A DNA stretch of 64,000 nt from Carpediemonas membranifera BICM (taxonomy: Eukaryota > Protista > Fornicata), in NCBI GenBank assembly GCA_019828565.1, contig JAHDYR010000038.1:450735-514734 (forward strand), given 5' to 3'. Numbering within the stretch: the stretch's first letter is position 1; every line of letters starts with the position of its first letter. The translations under genes and the position numbers were made by a program. The notes under the pieces were generated by a model that saw nothing but the letters and a program-made list of their open reading frames with translations, was not told the origin of the DNA and did not search any database. Of the stretch, positions 21,901 to 32,326 are shown piece by piece.

Positions 21901-22379
21901 TGAGCTGGTCGGGGGTCAGGCCGTTGAGATGGCAGTGGTCGCTGCACGTCATGACGGGGAGCTCGCCGACGTTGAAGTCGATCTCATCCACACGGCTGTC
22001 GCCGTCAAGGATCTCGCGGAGAACCTTGATGCGGAGGGGAGCACCGTAGGTGAGCCGTGCTTCACGGCATTCGGACGGGAACAGAGGGTCCTTATCATCG
22101 TCCCACATGCGGGTGGGATAGCCAAGAGAAATATCCGAAATCGAAACTATGTTAGCAATAGATCAAACTAGGATACAAACGACGCATGTAGGGAAGGGAT
22201 TCGTGATCTACATCAACTTTTTCCATCATCTGCGGGAAAATAGGCATCAGATGCTCTGTGAAGTGGTTAAAGCTGTCTACGTGATTCGAGAACAGTGCTT
22301 TCATGGGATCGGGGCCATCATCAAGCGTATTAGCCGACATTGGCGCCATGCTTGCGTTTCCGACTCTGAACGAAGTCAT
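18986..22379 (-). CDS. RPA2: DNA-directed RNA polymerase I second-largest subunit (intron 22147-22180)
   Basis: GDKFSSRHGQKG, SYTGYDMEDAMIIN, GGIRFGEMERDSL, Pol I-type GFLCPIHTPDG..CGL and NQSPRCMYQC.MGKQTM, and a C-terminal Zn ribbon. First exon encodes HVDSFNHF. Confidence 0.95.
22147..22180 (-). other. Spliceosomal intron, 34 nt
   Basis: GTTTGT...GCTAACATAG, with a CTAAC branch point next to the 3' site. Joins the two RPA2 ORFs in frame. Confidence 0.9.
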
Positions 22380-22526
22380 CTTCAAAGAAGGCATCAAATC
22401 TACCAGGCGCTGCGCAACCAAGCCACGTGCGCGACTCTGGCGTACCAAATGTACTACGTATCACTGGCCGCCATAGCATGCAGTGCTCAGGAACAGATTT
22501 GATCGATTCTGATTGCCACTCGACTC

Positions 22527-24147
22527 ATGTCCCGGGGTGCGCCTTCACCGTTCATCATTGAGAACGATGAAGATGAAGATCAGATAGTATGTATGCATTT
22601 GAATACCTCTTACACAGTATACCGTGATTGGCTCAGCCAAGCTTTCGATCTCAGCCCCGGATGGTGTTCCAGTCACTGTGAATGGCAGAGAGCTCTATTC
22701 GGACGTTGAACAAGATGAGGAGCCTTCATTCTCGTTCGTACACTTCAAGCACAAGTCCCCATTAACCCTTGTTCTCCCCCCGGACGCTAAGGCCACCCTC
22801 ACGCCCTTACCTACCAAGCTGGGGAGTAGGCTCATGCCACACCACATGCAAGGGTTCATGGAGAAGCCGCACACCCTACCTGCTGCCGCTGCGTTCCCCC
22901 TCGGCCGGAAGCAGTTCAGAGGAGTGTATGCTACGGAGATTGCGGTGAAAGAGGGAAAAGAGGAGTCAGCCGAGGTCAAGGACAACAGGACAGCTCACCG
23001 CTGGGCCAAGATACTTGCTGAAAGCGACCATTTCCGGGTCCCATCCGCACAGAACTCTCTCCTCCTTCGCAAGAAGCCGAAGCGGCCCTCCATCGCTGTA
23101 CTCGGCGAGGTTGGCGCAGGCAAGTCCAGCATGGTCCGCATCCTCGTCAACACCCTCCTAAACAGTGCAGACCGCGTGCTCCTGGTCGACCTGGACGTGG
23201 GTCGCCCCGAGTTCGCACCTCCTGGAGTTATGTCCGTCTCCATCATCACTCAGGACCACGATACGGTTGTAGGGACCACAGAGCCTGCCGTGCTGACTGG
23301 AGACCCCCGCCAATTCAGCCCGGCCCTCTCAGTGTGTCTGGGGGACACACACATTCAGGACTGCCAGCTGAAGTTCATCGCGTGCGTCCAGGACTTGGCT
23401 CGGCGGGCTGAGGGTCTGCTCAACGAAGACCCCGCTGTCCCTATCGTTATCAACACCCCCGGCTACCGCCAGGGTTGGGGCAGAGCCGAGATTTGCTCCG
23501 CACTGACGTCCTTCGCCCCCACCACCCTCGCCCTGGTCCGCCGACCCGTCGCTGAGGGCGAGTACGACCACGACAGGGCCGGGTTCGCCATGGCCGACTC
23601 CATGGGCCGGGACGTCCCCATTGTTGAGCTCCCCGCCATCGTCGGCGGCCGGCGACTCGACCCAGACTCGAATCGGGCCCTCCACGGCGCCGCTTACTTC
23701 CTCGACCCGAGGCGGGTGAACATGCAGCAGTACGCTACAGGGTCTCTAGTGGCGTGTCTCAGGGAGGTCGCGCCCTTCCGTGTCCCATGGATTGGGTTTG
23801 ACCCGGCAATCAAAGTCATCGGATGGAACGGGGAGACACCCACCCCAGTTGACGTGCTGTGGCGAATAGTGGCGCTGGAAACAAGCAGCGGAGTCTTTGT
23901 CGGCCTTGGGCTGGTTCGTAGGGTCATCACGGATCAGCACGGGCGGGTGCAGCTCGTGGTAGCGACCCCAGCGGACCCGACAACGGCAAGCAGACTCGTG
24001 CTGACCAAGCTGGAGATCCCTATCGCGTTCCACGAGCCATACAATGACCAGACCTCGTTCGTCTCCCGGGATGTACTGTCAGGCACACCTGTGGCTGATG
24101 CCAAGATGAACAAGGGGTCCGCGTTGCCCAGGAAGAAGGCCGGATGA
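22527..24147 (+). CDS. NOL9: Polynucleotide 5'-hydroxyl kinase NOL9/Grc3 (Clp1 family), intron 22587-22617
   Basis: P-loop GEVGAGKSS, LVNTLL, VDLDVGRPEFAPPG, PIVINTPG, C-terminal GLGLVRRV. A 31-nt GTATGT...ACACAG intron links ATG 22527 in frame. Confidence 0.85.
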
Positions 24148-24243
24148 GCGTTGCGGGCGGTAAAGTGACCAGCGGCGTTTACTGTGTTGTTGCATGCGCT
24201 TTGGGCGCGAGCAGAGAAAATTTGCGGGGATGGACGGATGGGC

Positions 24244-24468
24244 TCAGTCCTCTTCCACGGTAATAGGTTCGTCGCCAGGATGAAGTTCGTTCCACTGGGA
24301 AGCGACAGACGTGATTAGGTTGTTATATGCATCAATAACGCGGTCTAGTGCTTTCTCGGAGTCCACGCGGTCCGTGGCAGGTGTATCGATGTGGATCACC
24401 CGACTATCAGCCTTACTAGTCCGTGGAGTACCAAATTCATCAATGCTTGATTCCTCGTCGATGTTCAT
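24244..24468 (-). CDS. Small acidic hypothetical protein (74 aa)
   Basis: ATG-initiated ORF filling the gap between two genes, with one amphipathic helix. No family recognised. Confidence 0.4.
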   Translation of the reverse strand: MNIDEESSIDEFGTPRTSKADSRVIHIDTPATDRVDSEKALDRVIDAYNNLITSVASQWNELHPGDEPITVEED

Positions 24469-24640
24469 TCGTCAATTCCCTCCGTTCTGAGCAAATCTGG
24501 CAAAACCCGTCATCTAGCCAGCAGCTCCTCTCTTCCACTGATTGTCTGTGAATACGACTGTCTCCCGCCATGCGTCACTCATTGGTCCCAGTTGGTCAAA
24601 GGACGATGGTCAAGACTGCGAAAACCAACGAGACAACCTG

Positions 24641-26515
24641 ATGGGGCGATTTTCGCTGCCTTTTGCTCGAGAATCACCATTTATACACATAACAGTTGCT
24701 CTTGCTCTTGGTTCTCTCCTATCCTTCACATCTGCCGCTGAAACAAGCGGAACGATCCACCTCTGGCAAACCAGCGATATCCACGGCTGGATCGACGGCC
24801 ACGTGCATACTTCGAACGATGCGACCGTTGCCACGTTCCTCTCTCTCATTGAGCGCGTCACCTCAACCTACGAGGACCCGTCCACCTTCCTCCTCTTCGA
24901 CTCTGGCGACCAGGTGCAAGGGACAGGCCTCTCGGACGCCACCGAGATTGACGGAGAGTTCATCTTCCACTCCACCAAGGCTCTGCCGTACACAGGCATG
25001 ACTGTGGGCAACCACGAGCTGGGCCTTCCCACTACGACGGAGTACATCCACACAAACGCAGACGCCTTCGCCACGGCGGACACATACATCACCACCAACA
25101 GTATATGGGGCACAGACACTACTGTGGCCCAGGAGGACATGGAGCCACTAGGCCAGGCGCGGTACAAGGTAGTTCACGTGGATTCCCTCGACTTGGACGT
25201 GCTCGTTCTTGGCTGGATATATAACTTCGGCCATGCCATCGAACATGCCCACATTGTGGACGCGGTGGCCACGATAGAGTCTGATTGGTTCAAGGGCGTC
25301 CTCACGGCGACCAAGCCTGACCTCATCGTCCACATGTGCCACATCAGCTCAGACGACCAGCTCTTGGGGAAGATGAACGCCGCCATGAGGGCACAGCTGC
25401 CCCATACCCCCATGCTCTATCTCACAGGCCACTCTCACCAGTACCGTCACTTCACATGCGCCTTAGAGGACGGATCGGTCGACTCACAGTGCCTCATCTC
25501 TGAGCCCATGTGCTACCTCTATCTGTTCACCGCGCTAGAGCTCGACATGGGGCTGGTGGATGTGGCTGGAACAATGATGTGGCAGTTTAAGACCCAGCCG
25601 GCCCCCGCGAAGGTCGAGTTCACTGTGGCCGACTTCGCAGCCCTGGCTGGTGTGCCTGCGGCCGAGCTGCCGACTGAGGCGTCAAAGACTCTTGAGGAGT
25701 ACATAGACACCCGCTCGGACTCCCTCGGCCTCTCTGACGTCCTCGGGTGTGCGCCCAGGGATTTCTTCCGATACCAGGCGCCCGATGGCCACAACAGCGA
25801 AAGCTCTTTCATCGGGCTCTTCCAGGAGGGAATCCTGCCAGATGTGGTCTGGGTCGACGACGACCTGACCAAAATCTCTGTGATCAACAGAGGAATGCTT
25901 CGCGCTAACATGTACGAGGGCGCCGTTTCCCTGGCTGACATATACACGATCATGCCGTTCAGCGATTCGTTCTTCACACTGACTCTCAACTCGACTGAGG
26001 TTGGATGGATCATGGATCTTAATAATGACCCCGATATCGACTCGACCGTTGACTCGAGCTTAGCACACTACATCTTGTCTGTGGACCTTGCTTCACTCGA
26101 CGAACATACCACGTACACGCTTATGACGTCAAACTACGATGCCACTGTGTTCGCACAGCAGCTTTCCATCCGTAACCCCGCAAAGGTCTACGAAGCCACG
26201 GTATATAGCAATGCGATCAACTCGTTCGACGCAGTGAAGGAGTATGTCACCCGCTACATGGCCTGCAGCCTTCCCAGCGCCCCCGGTGGACTCTCCCCAG
26301 CGGTGATCGTCGGGCTTGTGGTAGCGGTCTCACTCGTACTCATCGCCGCGTCCGTGACTGTCGCCATCGGGTGCTTTGCGGCAGTGATCTTGATGCGGGC
26401 TGGATCGGTCGCCAAGGGCGTCGTGGGGTCACCGCGCGATGTGTATAGTAGGCTCGAGGCGGTCGACGGGAGTGGGGTACCGATAGCGTCACCTAACGGC
26501 GATCTGTTGGCATAA
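24641..26515 (+). CDS. Membrane-anchored calcineurin-like metallophosphoesterase, 5'-nucleotidase/UshA-like
   Basis: TSDIHGW, DSGDQVQGTGLSDAT, GNHE, GHSH, and 5'-nucleotidase C-domain (NRGMLR..DIYTIMPF). Signal peptide and C-terminal TM. Confidence 0.88.
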   Translation: MGRFSLPFARESPFIHITVALALGSLLSFTSAAETSGTIHLWQTSDIHGWIDGHVHTSNDATVATFLSLIERVTSTYEDPSTFLLFDSGDQVQGTGLSDATEIDGEFIFHSTKALPYTGMTVGNHELGLPTTTEYIHTNADAFATADTYITTNSIWGTDTTVAQEDMEPLGQARYKVVHVDSLDLDVLVLGWIYNFGHAIEHAHIVDAVATIESDWFKGVLTATKPDLIVHMCHISSDDQLLGKMNAAMRAQLPHTPMLYLTGHSHQYRHFTCALEDGSVDSQCLISEPMCYLYLFTALELDMGLVDVAGTMMWQFKTQPAPAKVEFTVADFAALAGVPAAELPTEASKTLEEYIDTRSDSLGLSDVLGCAPRDFFRYQAPDGHNSESSFIGLFQEGILPDVVWVDDDLTKISVINRGMLRANMYEGAVSLADIYTIMPFSDSFFTLTLNSTEVGWIMDLNNDPDIDSTVDSSLAHYILSVDLASLDEHTTYTLMTSNYDATVFAQQLSIRNPAKVYEATVYSNAINSFDAVKEYVTRYMACSLPSAPGGLSPAVIVGLVVAVSLVLIAASVTVAIGCFAAVILMRAGSVAKGVVGSPRDVYSRLEAVDGSGVPIASPNGDLLA

Positions 26516-26743
26516 ATCAGTGCTTGTATACATAAACTCGCTCTCAACTCTCGGCTGACCGTTTGTAACATACCAAGGGATTAAATTACATAAATATGCT
26601 TGCATGGAAAGTTTTTGTCGCCTGATTGTTGTTGCTTTGAATTATTCTTACGAGAAGGTAATGCTCACGACCAATAGAGTCAGATGCTCGACTCACCCCA
26701 CGCATGTCATCAGCGACATTTATCAATCCGCTCTAACACTCAC

Positions 26744-28994
26744 TCATCCCACGTTCCTCCTTACAATCTCCTCCTTCACGGCCTTGTAGCGGGCGTGACT
26801 CTCGAAGAATCGGTTCTGACTCCCTTTCAGATTAACATACAATTGCCGCTTGGCCGCCCCCTCGGGCATGGACTTGTAATCGACATGGTCCTGCTTGAAC
26901 TTGACGTCGATGACGTGCAACTCGTGCTGGAGCTGCCGCTTGAGTGCCATCAGCGAGGGGAGCGTCATTTCATCAAGATTTGCGGCAGGGGCGGCCGACT
27001 TGTCGAAGAGCTCGAGCAGCGCATTGACGGCCTTGTACCTCTGGTACAGGGGCCGTATCGGTTCCTTATCAGCCCGTGTCGGCTCTTGGCCAGTTCTAAG
27101 CGTGTATCGTCTGTCATAGTCCCGCAGTTCGAGCTTGATGAGGCTCTTCTCCATCTTGAGCTGGGGTTCCGTCATATCTTCCAACATGGCGGGCAGACTG
27201 CTGCCGTCTCTCGCACGAACCAAGTGCATCGAGGCATAGCCCAGCGGGTCAGTGATGGGGTCAGCGGGCCGTTGGGTCTCGGCCAGGGGTGGATAAGAGG
27301 GCAGCGGGCTCGTGAGCAGGTCACGGGCGACTACGGGGCCGACGGGCCGGGAAGGGGTGCGGGAGGGGGTAGCCGCGGGCGTCGTCTTGCGGTTCTTCCG
27401 GGCCTTGCGGCCTCTCCATTGGGATTGGAGTGTGAGTGTGGCCCACGTCTTCATAAACTCGTCGACGGCGACGTAGGCCTGCACCACGTGCTCGATCTCG
27501 GCCCGGTCGCCTCTCTGGGTGCCGGGGGTCATGCCCTTTCTCACGGCAAAGCGTGTGTCCCACGCCTTGAGCTGGTACTGCAGCGTGTCCGACAGGCGGC
27601 GGGCGGGCCCCAGCTTTGTCCGGCTGAGGCGATGGGGTAGGGCGCGCGTGTTGAGTGACGTTGCCGCCTCCACCGCTGCATGCTCGCGAGACTCGGGCGC
27701 TGTGAGTAAACGCCGTTCTCTCTCGATGGCGTCGTCGAGGCTGCGGCTGAAGGGGCTCTCCGTTCTCGAGTCCGGCGATGGTTCCGATCGAGCCGTGTTG
27801 ATGGCCGTGGATGTCTCCGCGACGTCAATGAGCAGGCTATCGGTGTTCATGAACCGCTCCACCGTGGTCTCCACGTACCCGACAACCCTGGACCTGGAGC
27901 GTGTCGTCAGTTGCATGAGCGTGTCGCTCGAGTGTGAGTGCGCCGGTATCAGGTTCAGCGGGGCAATGCCGGGGCTCCTGTCGAACGAGGGAATTGGGCT
28001 GAGCACAGCGGGCTCGCTGGCATCGTCTGTCATTGTTGTCGTCGTCTCCGACTCAGTGTCTGACGTCTCGTAGTCGGACGAGGCCGACGTGCCGTGGGAC
28101 TCGGCGCCGTCTCCGTATGCGGGCATCGGGAGCTCCTCGGAGAGCTTCCGCAGGTGGTTGTCCCTCAGCTCGGGGGTCGCGGGTTCGACTAGCTCAGAGG
28201 GCACGTCCTGGGGCAGGGGCTGGTCGGCAGTGTCAGATGCTGACAGTAACCCGGCAGACGTAGACGAGTTATCGCCGTCGTTGACCGAGGAATCGAGCGA
28301 CGCTGCGTCGAAAATCTCGGGTGCATGTTTGACCAAGGCGTCGACGGCGCCGCTGCCAGAGCCGACGTTGGCGAAAGACATGAGGTCGTTAGGGTCGACT
28401 GAGGGGGACCTGACGAGCACTGGGGTCATGAGCAGGGCGATATTCCCAGCGTGCATCTTGTTGACGGCGGCGTTAACGCTGATACTGTGGAGGAATGTGA
28501 ACACGTAGCGTGCGGTGCGGTAGTTGAGGTCAGGCAGCTTTGAAACGATGGATCGCATCTTCTCTATGGCCTGTGGGTCGTTCTTCTGGAACGCACTGAG
28601 CTCGTCGTATAGCTCGAAGGTCAGGAGAGGCTCTTTCAGCTGATCGAGCCACAGCTTCAGCAACCTGGAGGCTGTATGCATCTCCTTCACTACATCGCCG
28701 AGCACAAAGCTGTTTCCGCTGTTATACTTCTGGCGTACGGTCTGCACTTCCATGTGGTTACCGCACAGGCGGAGAATGCCTTCACAGTTCACTGAATAAG
28801 CTTGGGAACAGTAGTAACATACCCGCGTCCTGGTCATTCAAGTATTCGATGAGAGAATGAACCACGAAAGGCAATTTTCCGTCAGGTGATGGCTTGCGGA
28901 CAAAGCAAGTCTCCAATGAGACGCCAAAAAGATCTTTTTTTCCGCCTTCGTCCTTCTTTCCTCCAGTTTTGCTCCTGGAGAACAGACTCACCAT
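26744..28994 (-). CDS. RhoGAP with IQ motif and FAM13-like C-terminal repeats (intron 28792-28822)
   Basis: LFGVSLE, EGILRLCG (Arg finger), LLKLWL..LKEPLLTF, NKMHAGNIA. IQ-like LQSQWRGRKARK. EK..IK.EL..YD....TG..PT..DK....PLYQRYK. A 31-nt GTATGT...TTCAG intron. Confidence 0.88.
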
Positions 28995-29303
28995 GTTATT
29001 CGTTCGAAGTTGTTTCGGCCCGGCGCCGGGCAGTTTAGTGTCAGGCTTCCTGGAGATGAGAGCCAGTCGGAGAAGGCTGGCATATTCGAGTAGGGCGAGG
29101 GAAGGTTTAGATTTGCATCTTCTTTGTTTCGAGTGAGTGTGACCTCGATGCAAAATACCTTACGTACACGTTAGATGGATCCCCTGTATCCTTCTCGTCA
29201 CCATCCAAACCATAATCTCTTCTCCATGCGCGATTTATCGAGATCAAGTTTTGATTCTGAAGTTTCGCAGTTTATGCTGAGAATTTGCAAGGGCTACTAC
29301 AAG

Positions 29304-30953
29304 ATGAGCAACAACCAACAGTCGCTTACCATGGCCGTTGACGAGGAAACAGGCCGCCCTGTCATCATTATCAGAGATCAGGAAGAGAAGGGCCGCATTA
29401 CTGGCGTGCAAGCTATCAAGCAGAATATTGCGGCGGCTAAGAGCGTTTCCTTCATTCTGTCCACCTCTCTCGGGCCTAAGGGTGCCGATAAGATCATTGT
29501 CACTCCCGATAGCGAGATTGTCATCTCTAACGATGGCGCCACCATCATGGAGCAAATGGATCTTGAGCACCCCATTGCCAAGCTTCTTGTTGACCTTTCT
29601 AAGTGCCAGGATAGCGAAATCGGTGACGGAACTACTGGTGTTGTCGTTCTTGCGGGCGCTCTGCTCGATCAAGCCGAGTCTCTTCTTGACCGCGGCATTC
29701 ACCCCATCCGTGTCGCCGACGGCTATGACCTCGCCTCTCAGATCGCTGTTGACCGTGTCCGTGAGCTTTCTATGCCCATGCGCGCGAACTGCGCCAAGGA
29801 TGTGACGCCCGAGTTCAAGCAGTTCCTCGTCGACGCCGCATCCACCGCTCTCGGCTCCAAGATCGCTCAGGGCGAGAAGCTCGCCAACGTTGCTGTTGAT
29901 GCCGTCCTCTCTGTAGCCGACCTGAACCGTAACGATGCCGATCTCTCTCTTCTTAAGGTGAAGGGCAAGGTTGGTGGCTCGATAGAGGACACCTCCCTTG
30001 TTGATGGCATCGTCCTCGACAAGGATATCTCCCACCCCCAGATGAAGGACGTCACACCCGACGCCAAGCTCGCCATCCTCACGTGCCCCTTTGAGCCGCC
30101 GAAGCCGAAGACCAAGTACGAGCTCAGCATCTCCACCGTGGAGCAGTACCGCTCTCTGGCTGAGACGGAGCAGAAGTTCTTCACGGACATGATCCAGCGC
30201 GTTAAGGATAGCGGCGCCAACACTGTGATCTGCCAGTGGGGCTTCGACGACGAGGCTAACTCCCTCCTCATGCAGAACGACCTCACCGCCGTCCGCTGGG
30301 TCGGTGGCGAGGACATCGAGGCCGTAGCCATCGCTACTGGCGGCCGCATCGTCTCTCGTTTCGAGGACCTCACCCCCGAGAAGCTCGGCACTGCCGTCGA
30401 GGTCCGCCAGGAAATGTACGGTACGACCGGCGACCACATGATCACCATCCAGGGCAAGCGCGGCTACAAGACCGTCTTTGTCCGCGGATCGAACAAGATG
30501 GTCATTGAGGAGGCCAAGCGTTCCCTCCATGACGCCATGTGCGTCGTCCGTGATCTCATCCGCGCTCCTACCCTCGTCCCTGGCGGCGCCTGCGCTGAGA
30601 TCGCCGCCAGCCTCCGCATCACCTCGGTCGCCAACGAGACTGACGACATTGAGCAGTACGCCCTTCGTTCATTCGCCGCGGCACTTGACGCGATTCCGAT
30701 GGCTCTGGCCCGTAACAGCGGTCTTCAGCCCATCGAGGCGGTCGCCCAGGTCAAGGCCAAGCAGCTCAAGGAGCTTGAGAGGGACCCCAAGTACAAGACA
30801 ACGCTTGGCGTCGATTGCATGGCTCGCGGCACCAATGATATGGCGGAGCAGCGTGTCTTTGAGACGCTTGCTAGCAAGACTCAGCAGCTTACCCTTGCGA
30901 CCCAGGTGACGCGCATGGTGCTGAAGATCGACGATATTATCGGACAACTTTGA
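29304..30953 (+). CDS. CCT5: T-complex protein 1 subunit epsilon
   Basis: DEETGRPVIIIRDQ, GDGTTGVVV, LAILTCPFEPPKPKTK, ICQWGFDDEAN (epsilon-specific). Confidence 0.96.
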   Translation: MSNNQQSLTMAVDEETGRPVIIIRDQEEKGRITGVQAIKQNIAAAKSVSFILSTSLGPKGADKIIVTPDSEIVISNDGATIMEQMDLEHPIAKLLVDLSKCQDSEIGDGTTGVVVLAGALLDQAESLLDRGIHPIRVADGYDLASQIAVDRVRELSMPMRANCAKDVTPEFKQFLVDAASTALGSKIAQGEKLANVAVDAVLSVADLNRNDADLSLLKVKGKVGGSIEDTSLVDGIVLDKDISHPQMKDVTPDAKLAILTCPFEPPKPKTKYELSISTVEQYRSLAETEQKFFTDMIQRVKDSGANTVICQWGFDDEANSLLMQNDLTAVRWVGGEDIEAVAIATGGRIVSRFEDLTPEKLGTAVEVRQEMYGTTGDHMITIQGKRGYKTVFVRGSNKMVIEEAKRSLHDAMCVVRDLIRAPTLVPGGACAEIAASLRITSVANETDDIEQYALRSFAAALDAIPMALARNSGLQPIEAVAQVKAKQLKELERDPKYKTTLGVDCMARGTNDMAEQRVFETLASKTQQLTLATQVTRMVLKIDDIIGQL

Positions 30954-31089
30954 AAGTGCTGCCTGTAAATGGATCTATTAGTTGGAATCGTGAGACTGGT
31001 AGAGCTGGTTGGCAAGTTTACGAATACTATCACCCCATTGTGGGTGAACCAATGCCCCCTATCACGACACATCAAAGCAATCATACAAT

Positions 31090-31860
31090 TTATCTGTGAT
31101 CAATGATGGCCTGGCGAATGGCCTGCACCCACTTGAACATGGCAGCGGGGCCGTTGCCCGAGATGAGCATGCCCTTGTACTGGGCGGGGATGACGACAAG
31201 CTCGCTGCCCTTGAAGTTACCGCCGGCAAGGGTCAGGATGTCGCCAGAGAAGGGGGAGCCGGTGATGTCGCAGTGGGACTCGGCCAGCAGACCTGTGTTG
31301 ACGAGCACTTCATTGCCAGAGCAGATGGGCGCCACGATAGTGTTGCCACCGTGCACGGCGTCGCGAACAATGGCGGTGCAGTCGGGGTCGTTGCGCATGA
31401 CAGCGGACGACCAGGAGCCACCGACGATGGCGATGACGTCGTACTTTCTCTGCTGGACATGGACGTCCTTGCAAGTGCGGGTGATGTCGACGACGTAGGT
31501 GGGCTTGATCCAGTCGGAGATTTGGACACCGACCTTCTGCTGCCACTCAACGCCGATAACCTCGACGTTGGCACCGCGTGCCTTGAAGAAGATGTAGGGG
31601 TATATGAACTCGACGTCCTCGGCGCCAGAGGCAGCGAGGATGGCGACGTTAAGGCCACTGAACTCGGTGGGGCTAGAAACAGGAGGCTGGGTCATGTCGA
31701 CAGTGCCCCATGGCCAGTTAACGATCTCATTGTACTCCTCGATACGAGGGAAGGGGAAAGCGGGATACACAGGCTCCGGGGGATAGACAGGAAGGGAGTT
31801 GGTGGCTGTAAGGCACATTCCAACAGCAATAACGGTTAAAAGAAGAGCGGTTCTCATCAT
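31090..31860 (-). CDS. DJ-1/PfpI-family protein with N-terminal signal peptide
   Basis: VAILAASGAEDVEF.YP, YDVIAIVGG, nucleophile elbow APICSG. Hydrophobic N-terminus then a Pro-rich linker. Confidence 0.85.
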   Translation of the reverse strand: MMRTALLLTVIAVGMCLTATNSLPVYPPEPVYPAFPFPRIEEYNEIVNWPWGTVDMTQPPVSSPTEFSGLNVAILAASGAEDVEFIYPYIFFKARGANVEVIGVEWQQKVGVQISDWIKPTYVVDITRTCKDVHVQQRKYDVIAIVGGSWSSAVMRNDPDCTAIVRDAVHGGNTIVAPICSGNEVLVNTGLLAESHCDITGSPFSGDILTLAGGNFKGSELVVIPAQYKGMLISGNGPAAMFKWVQAIRQAIIDHR

Positions 31861-32326
31861 TTTGTGCGTTTGATGCAGCGGACACCTTCTGTGAGCTGAG
31901 TCGCTGGAGTCATAAATTTGGATCTTGAAATTCGATCTTGATACGAATCATCTTCGCCCATTATGTTTAGAATCGTCCACACTACACGGGCAGACCGGCC
32001 TCGTCGCAAATATCACCAGATACTTCGAATCAGACAGGAATCAAAACACATCGTTTCCGAATTCAGCCAGGTAACCAACATTATTCCCTCTACACCAGCC
32101 CCATATCTCTATGGAGGTTCTTGGGGAGTCTTTCCCAAGCCATTCTCTGCTGAACCATGGTGATCAGACCCCATCAAGCAACTATTACTTGCGATGGATA
32201 GCTAAAGCCGGTGCTTCAGCAAGTGATGTCGAGCTGTTGCCCAGCTTGTCAGCATCTCCAGGGTCTGAGGGCGATCCTGGTGTTGTGAGGAGCACTTTAG
32301 GGATCAGAATTGAACGATTGACCCAA

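Noticed and set aside
19358-22171. Long antisense ORFs opposite RPA2 (also opposite CCT5, PfpI and the ankyrin gene)
   Set aside because: Expected by-product of strong GC3 codon bias.
29175-29303. N-terminal extension on CCT5 (similar extensions on 24542, 32111, 44221 and 63486 ORFs)
   Set aside because: Homology or signal peptides begin at downstream ATGs; the extensions look like open UTR/promoter sequence.
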